DNA of 64,000 nucleotides from Candidatus Kapaibacterium sp. (GCA_963665665.1 OY762428.1:1504001-1568000), one strand, 5' to 3'; positions 1 to 11,724 are shown, counted from the stretch's first letter. Notes: generated by a model from the sequence alone, not told the origin. Numbers and translations: made by a program.

Positions 1-894
1 TTCCCTCGGGCTGAGCTCTTTACCAGTTGTATTAGCAGGGCAAACACTTGCACAGCGTCCGCAATGAGTACATGAGTAAGAATCGAGGATATTTTTCCAG
101 CTCAGGTCATCAATATCAACAACTCCGAATTTTTCAATACTTTCATCCTCGAAATCAATTGTTTCCAGGCTGTTCGGAAATCCGAGCTTTCCAAAATAAA
201 CATTTGGAATTGAAGTATAAACGTGAAAATGCTTTGAATAAGGAAGAAAATTCGCAAATCCCAGAATTGTAATTATATGTATCCACCAGCAAACCTCGTA
301 AACAGTACCGGCTGAAGATAATGAAATTATTGAAGCTCCAATGGCGCTGCTAACCGGCCTTATTGCCCATGCCTCGCCCGGAATCAACACAGAATGAGCA
401 GCATTCTGAATAAGAAGTGAAACGGTGATAGTAAATATTGCACCGAGAACGATCGTTGCATCCAACACTTCGCTCTTGTCGCCCTGAAGCCTTTCAATTT
501 TAAAAACAAACCTGCGCAGGAAAGCAATTACTATTGCAATAATAATAACAACACAGAAAATATCTGTAGACAAGGTTATCAAAGAATAAAGCGGCCCGAG
601 AAATCCCCATGTAAAGCCATGATAGAATCCCTGTATAACACCTTCCGAAGCCGAAAAAAGAAATACCAGAAAGCCCCAGAAAATACCGGCATGAACGGGT
701 CCGGCGGCAGAATCACGGAAAATCTTGGATTGGCCTATGGCAATTTTCAGAACATTAGCTATCCGGGCTCCTGCATTATCGGAACGATCCTCGGCTTTTG
801 CCACTTTCATCAATCCGAGGACTTTCTTCAGGCTGGTATAAAGAAATACCATCGCTGCTATAAAAATCAAAGCGAAAACTATTGTTTTGATCAT
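1..894 (-). CDS. Membrane Fe-S oxidoreductase (FadF/HdrD-like), N-terminal part; runs off the left edge
   Basis: Not in the ORF track; translated by hand from ATG at 894: MIKTIVFALIFIAAMVFLY...HAGIFWGFL, ending in the ferredoxin motif DSYSCTHCGRCASVCPANTTGKELSPRE. Confidence 0.85.
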   Translation of the reverse strand, partial: MIKTIVFALIFIAAMVFLYTSLKKVLGLMKVAKAEDRSDNAGARIANVLKIAIGQSKIFRDSAAGPVHAGIFWGFLVFLFSASEGVIQGFYHGFTWGFLGPLYSLITLSTDIFCVVIIIAIVIAFLRRFVFKIERLQGDKSEVLDATIVLGAIFTITVSLLIQNAAHSVLIPGEAWAIRPVSSAIGASIISLSSAGTVYEVCWWIHIITILGFANFLPYSKHFHVYTSIPNVYFGKLGFPNSLETIDFEDESIEKFGVVDIDDLSWKNILDSYSCTHCGRCASVCPANTTGKELSPRE

Positions 895-1177
895 CTCATC
901 TCATCTTTATTTTTCAACAATATTATTTCCCAAAAAAAATAAAAGCACAAGGCTTTTCAAACCCAAAATAACTTGAAAATTAGTCCTAATCATTCATTTC
1001 TGCAAGGAATTATCCAAACTAATATTATTATCCGAAACAAAACTTTTATATTCCCCTTACTCTATTAAGCTAAAAAATAATGAGTTATGAAAAAAGATAA
1101 ATTTTCAAAATTCTTGAAAAGATTTTATCTTGCTATCAGGTAAAATGCATTTTTAAAATAACGGTTGTTATAAAAAG

Positions 1178-1747
1178 ATGGCCAGATCAATAGTTTTTAC
1201 CAGGAATGATGTAATTGAAGCAGGCTTCGACATCGTCCGGGAAGAAGGAATACATTTCCTGACTGCCAGGAAAGTTGCTACAGAGATGAACGCCTCTACG
1301 GCTCCGGTTTACAGTCACTTTGCATCTATGGATGAGTTACGTCGCGAAGTAATAATTAAATCGAAAGAATTACTTACTGAATATACAGTTAAGAACTATG
1401 AATTCGAAGAATACATAGATATAGGCATCGGCATTGTTCTGTTCGCACAGGAGGAAGGGAACCTTTACAAAGCTCTTTTCCTGGAAAATACGGAAGACAG
1501 GGATATCGTTAATGATTTTCTTATTAACATGAAAATAAAACTGGACAAGAACCAATCCTTCTCATCAATTGACAGCTTTCAACGAATAAGGCTTCTGTAC
1601 AAAATGTGGTTTTTCGCTCACGGATTTGCTACATTAACCTGCGCCGGACTTTATAAATCATGCAGTGCTTCAAAAATTGGAAAAGTACTGAATGAAACAG
1701 GCGAATCCCTGATAAACGATGCACTAAGGAAACATGGTTCCGAATAA
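1178..1747 (+). CDS. TetR/AcrR family transcriptional regulator
   Basis: N-terminal HTH LTARKVATEMNASTAPVYSHF; C-terminal WFFAHGF (WHG-like). Confidence 0.9.
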   Translation: MARSIVFTRNDVIEAGFDIVREEGIHFLTARKVATEMNASTAPVYSHFASMDELRREVIIKSKELLTEYTVKNYEFEEYIDIGIGIVLFAQEEGNLYKALFLENTEDRDIVNDFLINMKIKLDKNQSFSSIDSFQRIRLLYKMWFFAHGFATLTCAGLYKSCSASKIGKVLNETGESLINDALRKHGSE

Positions 1748-1813
1748 GTGATTATTTGCCTTACTTAAAAAAAATGCTTATATTATCTAAAAATTATATA
1801 ATCAGGATAGATC

Positions 1814-2659
1814 ATGAACAGTAAAGCTGCAACAACTAAAAATGACAGCATCATTCCCGGCGGCGACCTGGCAGACGAACTGCCATTGTGGTCATCGAAT
1901 TTTGCCTGGATGCTGTTGGAGAAAATCAATTTCAAGAAGAATATCAATATACTTGATGTAGGATGCGGTACCGGCTTTTTAAGTATAGAGCTTGCTCAAC
2001 GCTTTGGCAATGATTGCAAAGTAACGGCTCTGGATATTGATCCGATCATGATAGACAGGCTTAAGCAAAAAACAGACTTCCTAAACATAGAAAATATTGA
2101 TCCGGTTGTTGCTAATGCCGAAGATATGCCATTCGACAAGCAAAGTTTTGACCTTATAATATCAAACAACGGGGCAAATAATGCTGATGATTTTGAAGCA
2201 GTAATAGGAGAAGTTGGCAGAGTTTCCAAACGCGGGGCGCAATTCCTCCTTTGCCAGAACACAAGGCGTACATTTATTGAATTTTATGAGCAGTTCGAAA
2301 AAGCAGTTAAAGAAATCGGAAAACCCGAAATTATAAGCAGTATAAAATCACATATTAATGATAAAAGAAGAAACCGTGACAGTATATACGAGACGCTTAT
2401 AAATGTTGGATTCAATGTGAAAAATATTTATACAGACACTTTCTTCTATCGCTTTGCCGACGGAACGTCGATGATGGATTACCACCTGATAAAGCATTTT
2501 TTCAGGAAATCATGGGATAAGCTTGTTCCCGAGGAGGACAGAACAAATGTATACGCATTAGTTGAAAAGAACCTTAATAAAAAAGCTGAAAGACTTGGAG
2601 AAGTAATTCTGTCTGTACCATATTTCTGTTTCGAAAGCAAGAAAGTTCTGGCATTTTAG
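1814..2659 (+). CDS. Class I SAM-dependent methyltransferase
   Basis: ILDVGCGTGF motif I; FDLIISN. Confidence 0.9.
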   Translation: MNSKAATTKNDSIIPGGDLADELPLWSSNFAWMLLEKINFKKNINILDVGCGTGFLSIELAQRFGNDCKVTALDIDPIMIDRLKQKTDFLNIENIDPVVANAEDMPFDKQSFDLIISNNGANNADDFEAVIGEVGRVSKRGAQFLLCQNTRRTFIEFYEQFEKAVKEIGKPEIISSIKSHINDKRRNRDSIYETLINVGFNVKNIYTDTFFYRFADGTSMMDYHLIKHFFRKSWDKLVPEEDRTNVYALVEKNLNKKAERLGEVILSVPYFCFESKKVLAF

Positions 2660-2686
2660 TTAAGATTCGTCCATACGGAGGGCACA

Positions 2687-3595
2687 ATGAAAAAGATAGG
2701 TATTATATACGGTATGGAGCAGAGCTTCCCCCCTGCCCTGTGCGAAAAAATAAATGATAAAGGCAAAAACGCAGTTGTCGCTGAAATAATGAAAATCGGG
2801 GCCGGCCTGTTGGATATAATTCCTGAATACGACTTGATTTTCGACAGAGCATCACAGGAAGTCCCCTTTTATTCGTCAATGCTGAAAGCAGCTGCGCTAA
2901 AAGGAATCAAAGTAGTTAACAATCCATTCAGGAAATGTGCCGATGATAATTTTTTTCACGCTGTAATGGCAAATATGAATGGTATAAAAGTCCCGCGCAC
3001 AGCTTTGCTTCCAAGCAAGGAGCATCCTCCCGGAGCAAGTTCGGAATCTTTGAAAAACCTGCAATACCCTTTGGATTGGGATGAAATATTTGATTATGTA
3101 GGATGGCCGGCAGTTCTTAAGCCTAATAAGGGAAACGGAAATTTTATATCATATAAGGTATACAACCCAAATGAATTTTTCGCGGCCTACGACCTTACAG
3201 GCAATAAGGTAATGATACTTCAGGAATCAATTGATTATAAGAAGTATTTCAGATGCTATGTTATCGGCGGCAGAAAAGTAAGAATTATGGAGTACGAACC
3301 TGCACGCCCCCACCACATGAGATACAAACCCGGCGAAGCTGATATCAGCCCCGACCTTAAGGACAGAATATCTGAAACTTGTACACAAGTCAGCCAAAAG
3401 CTGGGATTTGATTTCAACGCAGTGGAATTTGCACTTTCGGGGAATGATCTGTACGCTATGGATTTCCTGAACCCGCAGCCAAACGCCGAACAGGCATTCC
3501 TAAAGGATGAGAACTTCGGGTGGCTTGTTTCCAAAACTGCCGACTTCCTGATACTTCAAGCTCTGGAGGAAAGGAAAGAAAAAGAAATATTCTGA
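2687..3595 (+). CDS. ATP-grasp ligase (RimK/glutathione synthetase-like)
   Basis: WPAVLKP, ILQESI, GFDFNAVEFA, DFLNP motifs. Confidence 0.8.
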   Translation: MKKIGIIYGMEQSFPPALCEKINDKGKNAVVAEIMKIGAGLLDIIPEYDLIFDRASQEVPFYSSMLKAAALKGIKVVNNPFRKCADDNFFHAVMANMNGIKVPRTALLPSKEHPPGASSESLKNLQYPLDWDEIFDYVGWPAVLKPNKGNGNFISYKVYNPNEFFAAYDLTGNKVMILQESIDYKKYFRCYVIGGRKVRIMEYEPARPHHMRYKPGEADISPDLKDRISETCTQVSQKLGFDFNAVEFALSGNDLYAMDFLNPQPNAEQAFLKDENFGWLVSKTADFLILQALEERKEKEIF

Positions 3596-3856
3596 AATTA
3601 TCAGGCTTTACTAAAACATGATAAATAATTTTCTACACACAAAAAGTGTAGGTTCAAGTGAAAACTTCTATTATTAACATGATGTTTTTAAACAATAACC
3701 ATTATTTATATTAAAAATTAAGAAATTTTTGATTATTGTACTATCTTTTTGTATCTTCAATTATAGCAATTTTTTAGGAATTTGTTCAGCTAAAAAGATT
3801 CAAGATTTAATAAAAATAAATCATTTGTCTTAATAATTATAATATTCGAGGTTGTC

Positions 3857-5368
3857 ATGAAGTTACTACCCTTTTTCCATCTACTACTACTCGTCTCTTT
3901 TCTCATATCTTGTAACGATAGTAATTCAGAATTTAACAAAACTATTCAACAAACAAAAAAGTTGGATATTGTAAAAAATGAACAAAATCAAAAATTGATG
4001 TCTGAAATTGAAAAAAAAGAAAAAAACATTACCTTCAAAGAAAAAATTTTTAGAACTTCTACCAATATTGATGAGTTTCTTTTATTTGACTCGAATCCGG
4101 AAATTTATCCAGGAGCAATTGTTAGAATTAATGATATCTCCAAAGGACAATTAGATGGGGTATTTAATAGTAATCGTTCTGGATCAACAATAACACTTTC
4201 TCAGGTTGGTAGTTCCTTTGCTAAAAAAATTGATGCAGCAAATGTACAAACAACGATATTTGATATTTTAAAAAATCTTAATAATTCTCAACAGGCAGAT
4301 TTTAATATACTCAGTTTAAAAACCGAAAATATTGAGAAATCTTGTATTGAAGCCAAAATTGAAATTGGTTGGCTACCAGCAAAATTTAAAGCAGGTGTAA
4401 AAAACAAAAACAGTCATAAATCATCTGAATCTATCTTAATATTTCGTCAAGTTTATTATACTGCTTCTTTTGAAGCTCCTGATAACCCGAAAGATTTATT
4501 TAATACCGAAGCCAATTTAGCCGAAATATCTAAAACCATCATTCCTAATAATCCGTATGCTTATGTTTCCCAAGTTAGTTATGGCAGACAGGTTATTATT
4601 AAAACAAAAAAGCAAGGAAATATTAAAGAACTTGAAACCAATATTGAAGCAAGGCTAATGGGAGCAAAGTCTGGAATTAATAATCAATCATATTCTTCAT
4701 TGAAGGAAGAAAAAATTGATGCATTAATAATTGGCGGAAGAGCAAAAAATGGTACAAACCTACTTAAGACCGACAATGTTAAATCATTATTAGATATTTT
4801 AGAGAAAGACAATACTGTAAGCGTCTCAAATCCAGGAGTTCCGATATCATATAAATTAAAATATTTATCTGATAATTCAACTGTTGCGTATGGCAAAGAA
4901 GTTGAGTTTAAAGAATATGAGTATAAGAAACAGAAAATACAAGTTGAACTAACAGGCTTTAGAATTATTAAAGACTGCGATGGTTTTCTAGAAGGTTGGG
5001 GAGAATTTTATTATGATTTTAATATTCTTGATAAAAATGGAAACCAACTTGTACATTATTCCAAAGATAACAACCATTGTCATAATGGTCGTAATGGTCA
5101 ATTTGTTGAATCTTTACAAGAAAAGAAAATATTTGAAATTGATAAAAGTCCTGATAATTTTTTTAAAATTAGTGGTGCTTTAATGGAAAATGATAATGGG
5201 AAACCATTTTTAGTTGGTAAAATTGATGAAATAATCTCTTTTCCCTGGTCAGCAAATGATCTAAGTAATCGGAATAAAAATGATAAATATTTTGGTTACT
5301 ATGTAATTCCATTAAAAAATGGTACTAATTGTGAAGTTGAAGTTTGGGTAAAATTTACAAAATTATAA
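3857..5368 (+). CDS. Cholesterol-dependent cytolysin-like (thiol-activated cytolysin family) lipoprotein
   Basis: Lipobox LISC; IYPGAIV, RQVYYTA, YVSQVSYGR, GVPISYKLKYL motifs of CDC domains 1-3; AT-rich. Confidence 0.8.
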   Translation: MKLLPFFHLLLLVSFLISCNDSNSEFNKTIQQTKKLDIVKNEQNQKLMSEIEKKEKNITFKEKIFRTSTNIDEFLLFDSNPEIYPGAIVRINDISKGQLDGVFNSNRSGSTITLSQVGSSFAKKIDAANVQTTIFDILKNLNNSQQADFNILSLKTENIEKSCIEAKIEIGWLPAKFKAGVKNKNSHKSSESILIFRQVYYTASFEAPDNPKDLFNTEANLAEISKTIIPNNPYAYVSQVSYGRQVIIKTKKQGNIKELETNIEARLMGAKSGINNQSYSSLKEEKIDALIIGGRAKNGTNLLKTDNVKSLLDILEKDNTVSVSNPGVPISYKLKYLSDNSTVAYGKEVEFKEYEYKKQKIQVELTGFRIIKDCDGFLEGWGEFYYDFNILDKNGNQLVHYSKDNNHCHNGRNGQFVESLQEKKIFEIDKSPDNFFKISGALMENDNGKPFLVGKIDEIISFPWSANDLSNRNKNDKYFGYYVIPLKNGTNCEVEVWVKFTKL

Positions 5369-5379
5369 CGGTATAAATT

Positions 5380-5568
5380 ATGCTTACTATAGTTGAAAAT
5401 CAAATTAAGATAATTGTTTTAGTTGGAACAATTTCAATTATATATGGATTTTGCTTTGGTTATCTAACATCAGAATTTGGTTTTATTTATTTGATAATTG
5501 CAATTGTTGTACACTTGTTTTTCTTACTATTTCTATCAAATAAAATTCGAAAAAAAATCCGGATGTGA
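5380..5568 (+). CDS. Small two-TM membrane protein
   Basis: 62 aa, two hydrophobic segments, 11 bp after the cytolysin-like gene. Confidence 0.55.
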   Translation: MLTIVENQIKIIVLVGTISIIYGFCFGYLTSEFGFIYLIIAIVVHLFFLLFLSNKIRKKIRM

Positions 5569-5587
5569 AGCCACACCCGGATTTTTT
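5551..5587. terminator. Bidirectional intrinsic terminator
   Basis: AAAAAAATCCGGATGTG-AAGC-CACACCCGGATTTTTT between convergent genes. Confidence 0.75.
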
Positions 5588-5609
5588 ATATTTATCATGT
5601 ACTAAACTG

Positions 5610-6959
5610 CTACGGAACAATCCTGTGGATCATTCTCGGGAATGGGATAACCTCGCGGATGTGAGCTGCGCCGGAAATCCATTTTACTACCCTTTCCACA
5701 CCAAGGCCGAAACCGCTGTGCGGAACTGATCCGTACCGGCGGAGGTCCAGGAACCATTTAAATTCTTCCTCGGGCAGGTCGTGCTTTTTAATTCTTTCAA
5801 GCAGGTAGTCGAAGTTGTCTTCTCTCTGGCTGCCGCCGATGATCTCGCCGCCGCGTTCCGGGGCAAGCATATCCATTGCCATAACAACCTGCTCGTTTTC
5901 GGGATCCCGTTTCATGTAGAATGCTTTCACCTCTGTCGGGTAGCGGTGGATAATACATGGTTTATCGAACTGTTCCATGATAGCTTCTTCCTGTACGGTA
6001 CCGAAATCCTCGCCCCATGGGAAAGGCCTCGGAACGTCCTTGCCGTCGATTTTCTCTATCAGCGGAACGTCGTTTTTCTGTAGCCATTCAACAGCTTCGG
6101 AATAGCTCATCCTGTAGAACGGACGTTTAATTTTTTCAAGTTTTGTAATGTCTCTTTCCAGTGTTGCAAGTTCGCGCTGGCATGTTTTCAGAACGTACTG
6201 CACGATATATTCCACCAGGTCTTCCGCCAGGTCCATATCGTCGTTCAGGTCGAAATAAGCCATTTCAGGCTCAACCATCCAGAACTCTGTAAGGTGTTTC
6301 CTGGTTTTGGAATGTTCTGCGCGGAATGTAGGGCCGAATGTATAAACCTTGCCGAGCGCCATTGCGGAGGCTTCAGCATAGAGCTGGCCGGACTGTGAAA
6401 GGTATGCGCTTCCCAGGTCGAAATATTTTGTTTCGAACAATGTGGAAGTACCTTCGCATGCATTAGGAGTCAGGATTGGGGAATCCATCAGTCGGAAACC
6501 GTTGCCGTCGAAGAAGTCCCTGATAGCTTTAACTACAGCCGAGCGTATACGCATAATAGCGTGCTGGCGCGATGAACGCAGCCACAGGTGCCTGTGTTCG
6601 ATAAGGAATGCGTCGCCGTGTTCCTTAGGAGTGATGGGGTACTCCTGTGCAATCTGGTGAACTTTTATATTAGATACTGCTATTTCATATCCGCCGGGAG
6701 CCTTGTCGGTAGCAACAACTTTTCCTGTAACGGAAAGAGATGATTCCTGGGTAAGTTCCTTTGCGGCAGCGAATGTTTCCTCGTCAACATCATTTTTAAA
6801 AACAACACACTGGGCAACGCCGGTGCCGTCACGCATAATTATAAAATGCAGTTTTCCTTTACCTCTTTTGTTATATACCCAGCCGTTCAGGGTAACTTCT
6901 TCGCCCTCATGTTTTGCCAGGTCTTCAATTGCTATGTACGATTTGTAACGTGATTCCAT
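5610..6959 (-). CDS. asnS: Asparagine--tRNA ligase
   Basis: OB-fold GWVYNKR...[22 protein letters not shown]...[24 protein letters not shown]; start moved to ATG 6959. Confidence 0.95.
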   Translation of the reverse strand: MESRYKSYIAIEDLAKHEGEEVTLNGWVYNKRGKGKLHFIIMRDGTGVAQCVVFKNDVDEETFAAAKELTQESSLSVTGKVVATDKAPGGYEIAVSNIKVHQIAQEYPITPKEHGDAFLIEHRHLWLRSSRQHAIMRIRSAVVKAIRDFFDGNGFRLMDSPILTPNACEGTSTLFETKYFDLGSAYLSQSGQLYAEASAMALGKVYTFGPTFRAEHSKTRKHLTEFWMVEPEMAYFDLNDDMDLAEDLVEYIVQYVLKTCQRELATLERDITKLEKIKRPFYRMSYSEAVEWLQKNDVPLIEKIDGKDVPRPFPWGEDFGTVQEEAIMEQFDKPCIIHRYPTEVKAFYMKRDPENEQVVMAMDMLAPERGGEIIGGSQREDNFDYLLERIKKHDLPEEEFKWFLDLRRYGSVPHSGFGLGVERVVKWISGAAHIREVIPFPRMIHRIVP

Positions 6960-7053
6960 TTCATTCCTTAAACTAATTACAAATTTTTTTACTATATTTA
7001 ATACAAAGATACGAAGAAGCAACGGAATTATTAAATTATTAGCTGATACAGCC

Positions 7054-9096
7054 ATGGACAATAAAGAAAAAATCGTTGAAAAATACCGGTTCGAATATTA
7101 TAGCGCTGAAGAAGAAAAGTTTGCAGCCGGGCTTAAATTTAAAATTGAAGGCCTGGGATTAAACGAGGAAGCAGCGCTGATAGCCTACCTGATGAAAGCC
7201 GATATTAAAAATGAAAATATTAAAAAATATATTATTGAAAAATTCGGTACGAAAATTCACGAGAAACTTGAACTACTCCACAGGATAAGCAATATTAACT
7301 TCCCGGAAACAAGGAAGCAGATAGAAAACCTGAGGAAGCTTTTCGTTGAACTGACCGACGACCTGAACCTGATTTTTATAAAACTGGCAGAAAGGCTGAT
7401 AACGCTGAATCATTATGAAGAAGAAAATCATACTGATTTAATGAAGATATCCGAGGAATGCCTTTATCTTTATTCTCCTATTGCACACAGGCTTGGTATT
7501 AGGAAAATTTATACGGATATGGATGATATTTCCTTCAAAATACTATTTCCCGAAGATTTTAGAAAGCTGAACAGGATTATCGAGAAGAGACGGAAAAAGC
7601 TTGAAGACAAGCTCGACAATATGAGCAGGAAAATCACCGAAATACTTAGGAAAAACGGCATTGAAGCGAAAATTCAGAAACGTGTGAAAAGGCTCTACTC
7701 AATATTCCTGAAACTGAAGAACAAGGGCGTCAGCGTTGATGATGTATTCGATCTGATGGCTCTCAGGGTTATTACCGATTCTGTTGAAAAATGTTACCTT
7801 ACTCTCGGGCTGGTGCACAGGAACTGGATCTCGATAGAAGGACGATTTCGCGACTGGGTTACATTTCCCAAGCCGAACGGATACAGATCAATACAGACAA
7901 CAATTGTAACAAGGAATGGCGACCGGTTTGAAGTACAGATAAGAACTGACGAAATGCACCGGGAGGCTGAATACGGCTCGGCGGCACACTGGGCATACAA
8001 GGAATGCCTCACTGCCGATTCGTGGGTACTAAGGTTGAAAGAATTTCTTGAAAATGATGAATATTTTGATAATCCCTACGAACTCCTGGACCAGATGAAA
8101 GCCGAGATGAAAAGGGATTATATCCATATATTAACCCCACGCGGAGATATTCGAACTCTGCCCAAGGATTCCACGGCTGTGGATTTTGCCTATGCCATCC
8201 ATACAGAAGTCGGCAATAAAACCACTGGTGCCAAAGTAAACGGCAAATTGGTAAAACTTAAAACCAAACTGAAATCCGGCGATGTTGTGGAAGTGATAAC
8301 TAATAATAATGCCAAACCTTCCAGGGACTGGCTGGAATTTGTTAAAACATCAAGAGCCAGAAGTAAAATTCTTGTATTCGTGAAGAAAAACGAGGAGGCA
8401 CAGCTTATTCAGGACGGCAAGCGGGCATTTGAAAAATTAAAAAAACGTTTCCGCTCGAAAATTGAAGGACTTGACGACGATACTGAATTCCGCCGTAATT
8501 TGGTTAAAACCGGGTATAAATCGCCTGATGATTTCTATTCCGCGCTGGGCATAAAATCAATCAAGCCCGGCAGGCCTCTGCTCAGGAAACTCTACCCTGA
8601 AGCTTTCAAATCCGAGAAACCGGAAAAGCCGAAAACAACTGTGAATACGGAACAGGCTGCACCGAAGATAGAAGTTGCAGGGATAAAAAACGTTACAACG
8701 ACTATTGCCAAATGCTGCAATCCAATCAAAGGAACTGATATTATCGCTTATCTGACAAGAAATTCACAGGTGAAAATTCATTCCAAAAAATGCCGTATTG
8801 TCAAATCCGGACAGCTTGACGAGGAAAGGCTGCGCGAGGCAAAATGGATGGCCAATGATTCCGCTCAGTTTGCAAGTATTCGCCTGTTCGGAATTGAATT
8901 CAACAAGATGTTCAGCGAGTTCGTTACAATAGCCGAAGAAAACCACGTTTCTATCAACTCGCTGGAACGCCATGACGTGGACGACAGGGTTGTTGCAATT
9001 TATTCCCGGATAGAGGTAAAGGATGCAAGCCAGCTTGCCGGATTAAGAAGTAAACTACTTCTTTCGCGTGAAATTGATTCGGTGAAAATTATGTAG
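7054..9096 (+). CDS. relA: Long RelA/SpoT homologue, (p)ppGpp synthetase with degenerate hydrolase domain
   Basis: [32 protein letters not shown] ([11 protein letters not shown]), AKCCNP and ACT-like C-terminus; no HD motif. Confidence 0.9.
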   Translation: MDNKEKIVEKYRFEYYSAEEEKFAAGLKFKIEGLGLNEEAALIAYLMKADIKNENIKKYIIEKFGTKIHEKLELLHRISNINFPETRKQIENLRKLFVELTDDLNLIFIKLAERLITLNHYEEENHTDLMKISEECLYLYSPIAHRLGIRKIYTDMDDISFKILFPEDFRKLNRIIEKRRKKLEDKLDNMSRKITEILRKNGIEAKIQKRVKRLYSIFLKLKNKGVSVDDVFDLMALRVITDSVEKCYLTLGLVHRNWISIEGRFRDWVTFPKPNGYRSIQTTIVTRNGDRFEVQIRTDEMHREAEYGSAAHWAYKECLTADSWVLRLKEFLENDEYFDNPYELLDQMKAEMKRDYIHILTPRGDIRTLPKDSTAVDFAYAIHTEVGNKTTGAKVNGKLVKLKTKLKSGDVVEVITNNNAKPSRDWLEFVKTSRARSKILVFVKKNEEAQLIQDGKRAFEKLKKRFRSKIEGLDDDTEFRRNLVKTGYKSPDDFYSALGIKSIKPGRPLLRKLYPEAFKSEKPEKPKTTVNTEQAAPKIEVAGIKNVTTTIAKCCNPIKGTDIIAYLTRNSQVKIHSKKCRIVKSGQLDEERLREAKWMANDSAQFASIRLFGIEFNKMFSEFVTIAEENHVSINSLERHDVDDRVVAIYSRIEVKDASQLAGLRSKLLLSREIDSVKIM

Positions 9097-9105
9097 GTAT
9101 ATTTT

Positions 9106-9810
9106 TTATACGATTTTAAGAATATTAAAATTCATGTTAAAAGCATCTATTGTTAATAATTTGCCGGAAAGAATTTCTCCCAGGCCGGTTACAATTTTTA
9201 TTACTTCCATGGCCTGAATTGACCCGACAATACCGGGTAGTGGACCCAACACTCCAATCTCGTTATCATTTGACATTACGACTTCCGGATATAAGTCCCT
9301 GAATCGGGGCCCTGATAAGTAATTGAAAACTGAAACCTGTCCGGCAAATTCATTTATTGAACCATATACAAAAGGTTTATTCAATTCTGAACATATATCG
9401 TCAATCAAATATCTGGCCTGGAAATTATCAGTGCAATCAACAATAATATCAAAATTGCTAATTATTTCCGAAGCATTATTTATATCCAGTTTTTGGTTAT
9501 ATGTAAGTATTTCAATATCGGGATTGATTTTTTTTAGTTTTGATTTGGCAGTTTCTACTTTAGATTTATCAATATCTTCAGCATTATAAAGAATTTGTCT
9601 TTGCAGATTGCTGACTGAAACGATGTCATTATCAATAAGGCCTAAAAGTCCTATTCCCGAAGCTGCCAGATACATTGCAACAGGAGAACCCAAACCTCCG
9701 GCGCCTACCAAAAGCACCCTGCTTTTTTTCAGCATAATTTGTTTTTCTTCGCTGAAACCGGAAATTATCAGATGTCGTTTATATCTTCTTAATTCTTCCT
9801 TCGAAAGCAT
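9106..9810 (-). CDS. thiF: ThiF/MoeB adenylyltransferase
   Basis: VGAGGLGS, SNLQRQ, DCTDNF; located in the thi operon. Confidence 0.9.
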   Translation of the reverse strand: MLSKEELRRYKRHLIISGFSEEKQIMLKKSRVLLVGAGGLGSPVAMYLAASGIGLLGLIDNDIVSVSNLQRQILYNAEDIDKSKVETAKSKLKKINPDIEILTYNQKLDINNASEIISNFDIIVDCTDNFQARYLIDDICSELNKPFVYGSINEFAGQVSVFNYLSGPRFRDLYPEVVMSNDNEIGVLGPLPGIVGSIQAMEVIKIVTGLGEILSGKLLTIDAFNMNFNILKIV

Positions 9811-9819
9811 ATTGTTACC

Positions 9820-10935
9820 TTATATTTGTACACAACGGTCCCAATCTTTCCAAACTGCTTCATATCCGTTACTTTTAATCATAGCAGCAATCTCGGCAGG
9901 AGTTCTGTCATCATGAACCTCAAACTGAGCCAATGAGTCTTCTTCAGAGTTATAACCTCCGGGATTCGTTTTTGACCCGGCGCTCATGCTTGTAACGCCT
10001 AACTTCATAATGTTATTCCGGAAAGATTGTTTTTCCCTGACAGAAATTGAAAGTTCAAGGTTTTCGTCTAATAGGCGGTAAGCACAAATAAGCTGCACCA
10101 GCTCCCTGTCAGACATTACAACATTTGGAGCAAACAGCCCGGTATGAGGCCTGAGCCGGGGGAAAGAAACAGAGAATTTGGTTCTCCAGAATTTTCTTTT
10201 CAGGAAATTTAAATGAAGAGCCGTGAAAAAACTATCTGTACGCCAGTCCTCAAGTCCTATCAGAATACCAAGGCCGATCCTGTGAATTCCGGCAAAACCC
10301 AATCTTTCAGGAGTATGCAACCTGTATTCGAAGTCCTGTTTTTTTCCGTTTAGATGATACTTATTATAGTTATTCCTGTTGTAAGTTTCCTGGTAAACAT
10401 ATATACTATTCAGTCCCAGGGGAATTAATTCCTCATAATCACTCCTGTTCATTGGCTGAATTTCCATTGATATCTGTGAAAAATCATTTCTAATTATTCT
10501 TAGAACCTCTTTGAAATAATTCAGCCCGGCTTTTTTTGAAGATTCTCCGGTAACGAGAAGAATATGTTCATAACCATAGGATTTCAATATTTTCACTTCA
10601 TCCAGGATCTGCTCCATGCTCAAAACGGTTCGTTTTATTTTATTTTTTGAATTAAAACCGCAATAAACACATTGATTTTCGCAATAGTTGGAAAGATAAA
10701 GCGGGATATATAGCTGAATTGTTTTACCAAACCTTTTCAGAGTCAGTTCACGTGATAATTCTGCCATACATCCCAGAAAAGCAGATGCCGAAGGCGAAAT
10801 TAGAGCCTTAAAATCTTCGAGCCCTCTTTTGGGGTTATTCAAAGCATTTATTACGTCGTTTGGAGTTTTGGAATGAATACTTTCATTAATATCATTCCAT
10901 TTGTATTTTCCAATCTCTTCTGAAAAACTGCACAT
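9820..10935 (-). CDS. thiH: 2-iminoacetate synthase (radical SAM)
   Basis: PLYLSNYCENQCVYCGF, YQETY, SAGSKTNPGGY, VWKDWD. Confidence 0.95.
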   Translation of the reverse strand: MCSFSEEIGKYKWNDINESIHSKTPNDVINALNNPKRGLEDFKALISPSASAFLGCMAELSRELTLKRFGKTIQLYIPLYLSNYCENQCVYCGFNSKNKIKRTVLSMEQILDEVKILKSYGYEHILLVTGESSKKAGLNYFKEVLRIIRNDFSQISMEIQPMNRSDYEELIPLGLNSIYVYQETYNRNNYNKYHLNGKKQDFEYRLHTPERLGFAGIHRIGLGILIGLEDWRTDSFFTALHLNFLKRKFWRTKFSVSFPRLRPHTGLFAPNVVMSDRELVQLICAYRLLDENLELSISVREKQSFRNNIMKLGVTSMSAGSKTNPGGYNSEEDSLAQFEVHDDRTPAEIAAMIKSNGYEAVWKDWDRCVQI

Positions 10936-10955
10936 GGTGTCTTATATCCGAATCA

Positions 10956-11723
10956 TTAATCTAAAAAGTCAGTTAATGGACTGCTTGCTACGGCTTTATC
11001 TGAAATTTTACCGAGTTTAGCCTCAAATGCCATCCTACCAGCTTCTACAGCCAACCTGAAAGCTGTTGCCATGCTAACCGGATCTGATGATACTGCTATT
11101 GCTGTGTTAACAAGAACGGCATCTGCTCCCAGCTCAAGAGCTTCGGCAGCATGAGAAGGGCTGCCAATACCAGCATCAACAACAACCGGCAGATTGCTCT
11201 GTTCAATAATAATTTCCAACATATCTTTTGTTTTTAGCCCTTTGTTACTGCCAATCGGAGCACCAAGTGGCATTACCGCTGCGGCGCCTGCATCTTCAAG
11301 GAGCTTGCAGAGTACCGGATCGGCCTGAATATATGGCAGAACAATGAAACCTGATTTTACAAGTTCCTTTGTTGCTTCAAGTGTTTCAATTGGATCAGGA
11401 AGGAGATATCTGGGATCAGGATGAATCTCCAGTTTTAACCAGTGTGTTTCCAATGCTTCCCTTGCAAGCTGAGCTGCGAAAACAGCTTCTTTTGCCGTTC
11501 TGACTCCTGATGTATTAGGAAGTAAATTTATTTCAGGTGACTTTAAATGTGTAAGAATATCATCATTTTCATCATTCATATCAATACGTTTAAGGGCAAC
11601 AGTAACTAACTCGGAGCCGGATACCCGGATTGCTTCACCCATTATTTTATTTGAACTGAACTTCCCGGTTCCGGTAAATAACCTGGATTGGAAAGTTTTA
11701 TCTGCGATTGTTAATTGTTCCAT
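10956..11723 (-). CDS. thiG: Thiazole synthase
   Basis: [38 protein letters not shown]. Confidence 0.97.
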   Translation of the reverse strand: MEQLTIADKTFQSRLFTGTGKFSSNKIMGEAIRVSGSELVTVALKRIDMNDENDDILTHLKSPEINLLPNTSGVRTAKEAVFAAQLAREALETHWLKLEIHPDPRYLLPDPIETLEATKELVKSGFIVLPYIQADPVLCKLLEDAGAAAVMPLGAPIGSNKGLKTKDMLEIIIEQSNLPVVVDAGIGSPSHAAEALELGADAVLVNTAIAVSSDPVSMATAFRLAVEAGRMAFEAKLGKISDKAVASSPLTDFLD

Positions 11724-11724
11724 A

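Noticed and set aside
48-942. Plus-strand ORFs 48-272 and 619-942, and the many short ORFs antisense to or nested in long genes
   Set aside because: Shadows of well-supported genes on the other strand or frame; no motifs
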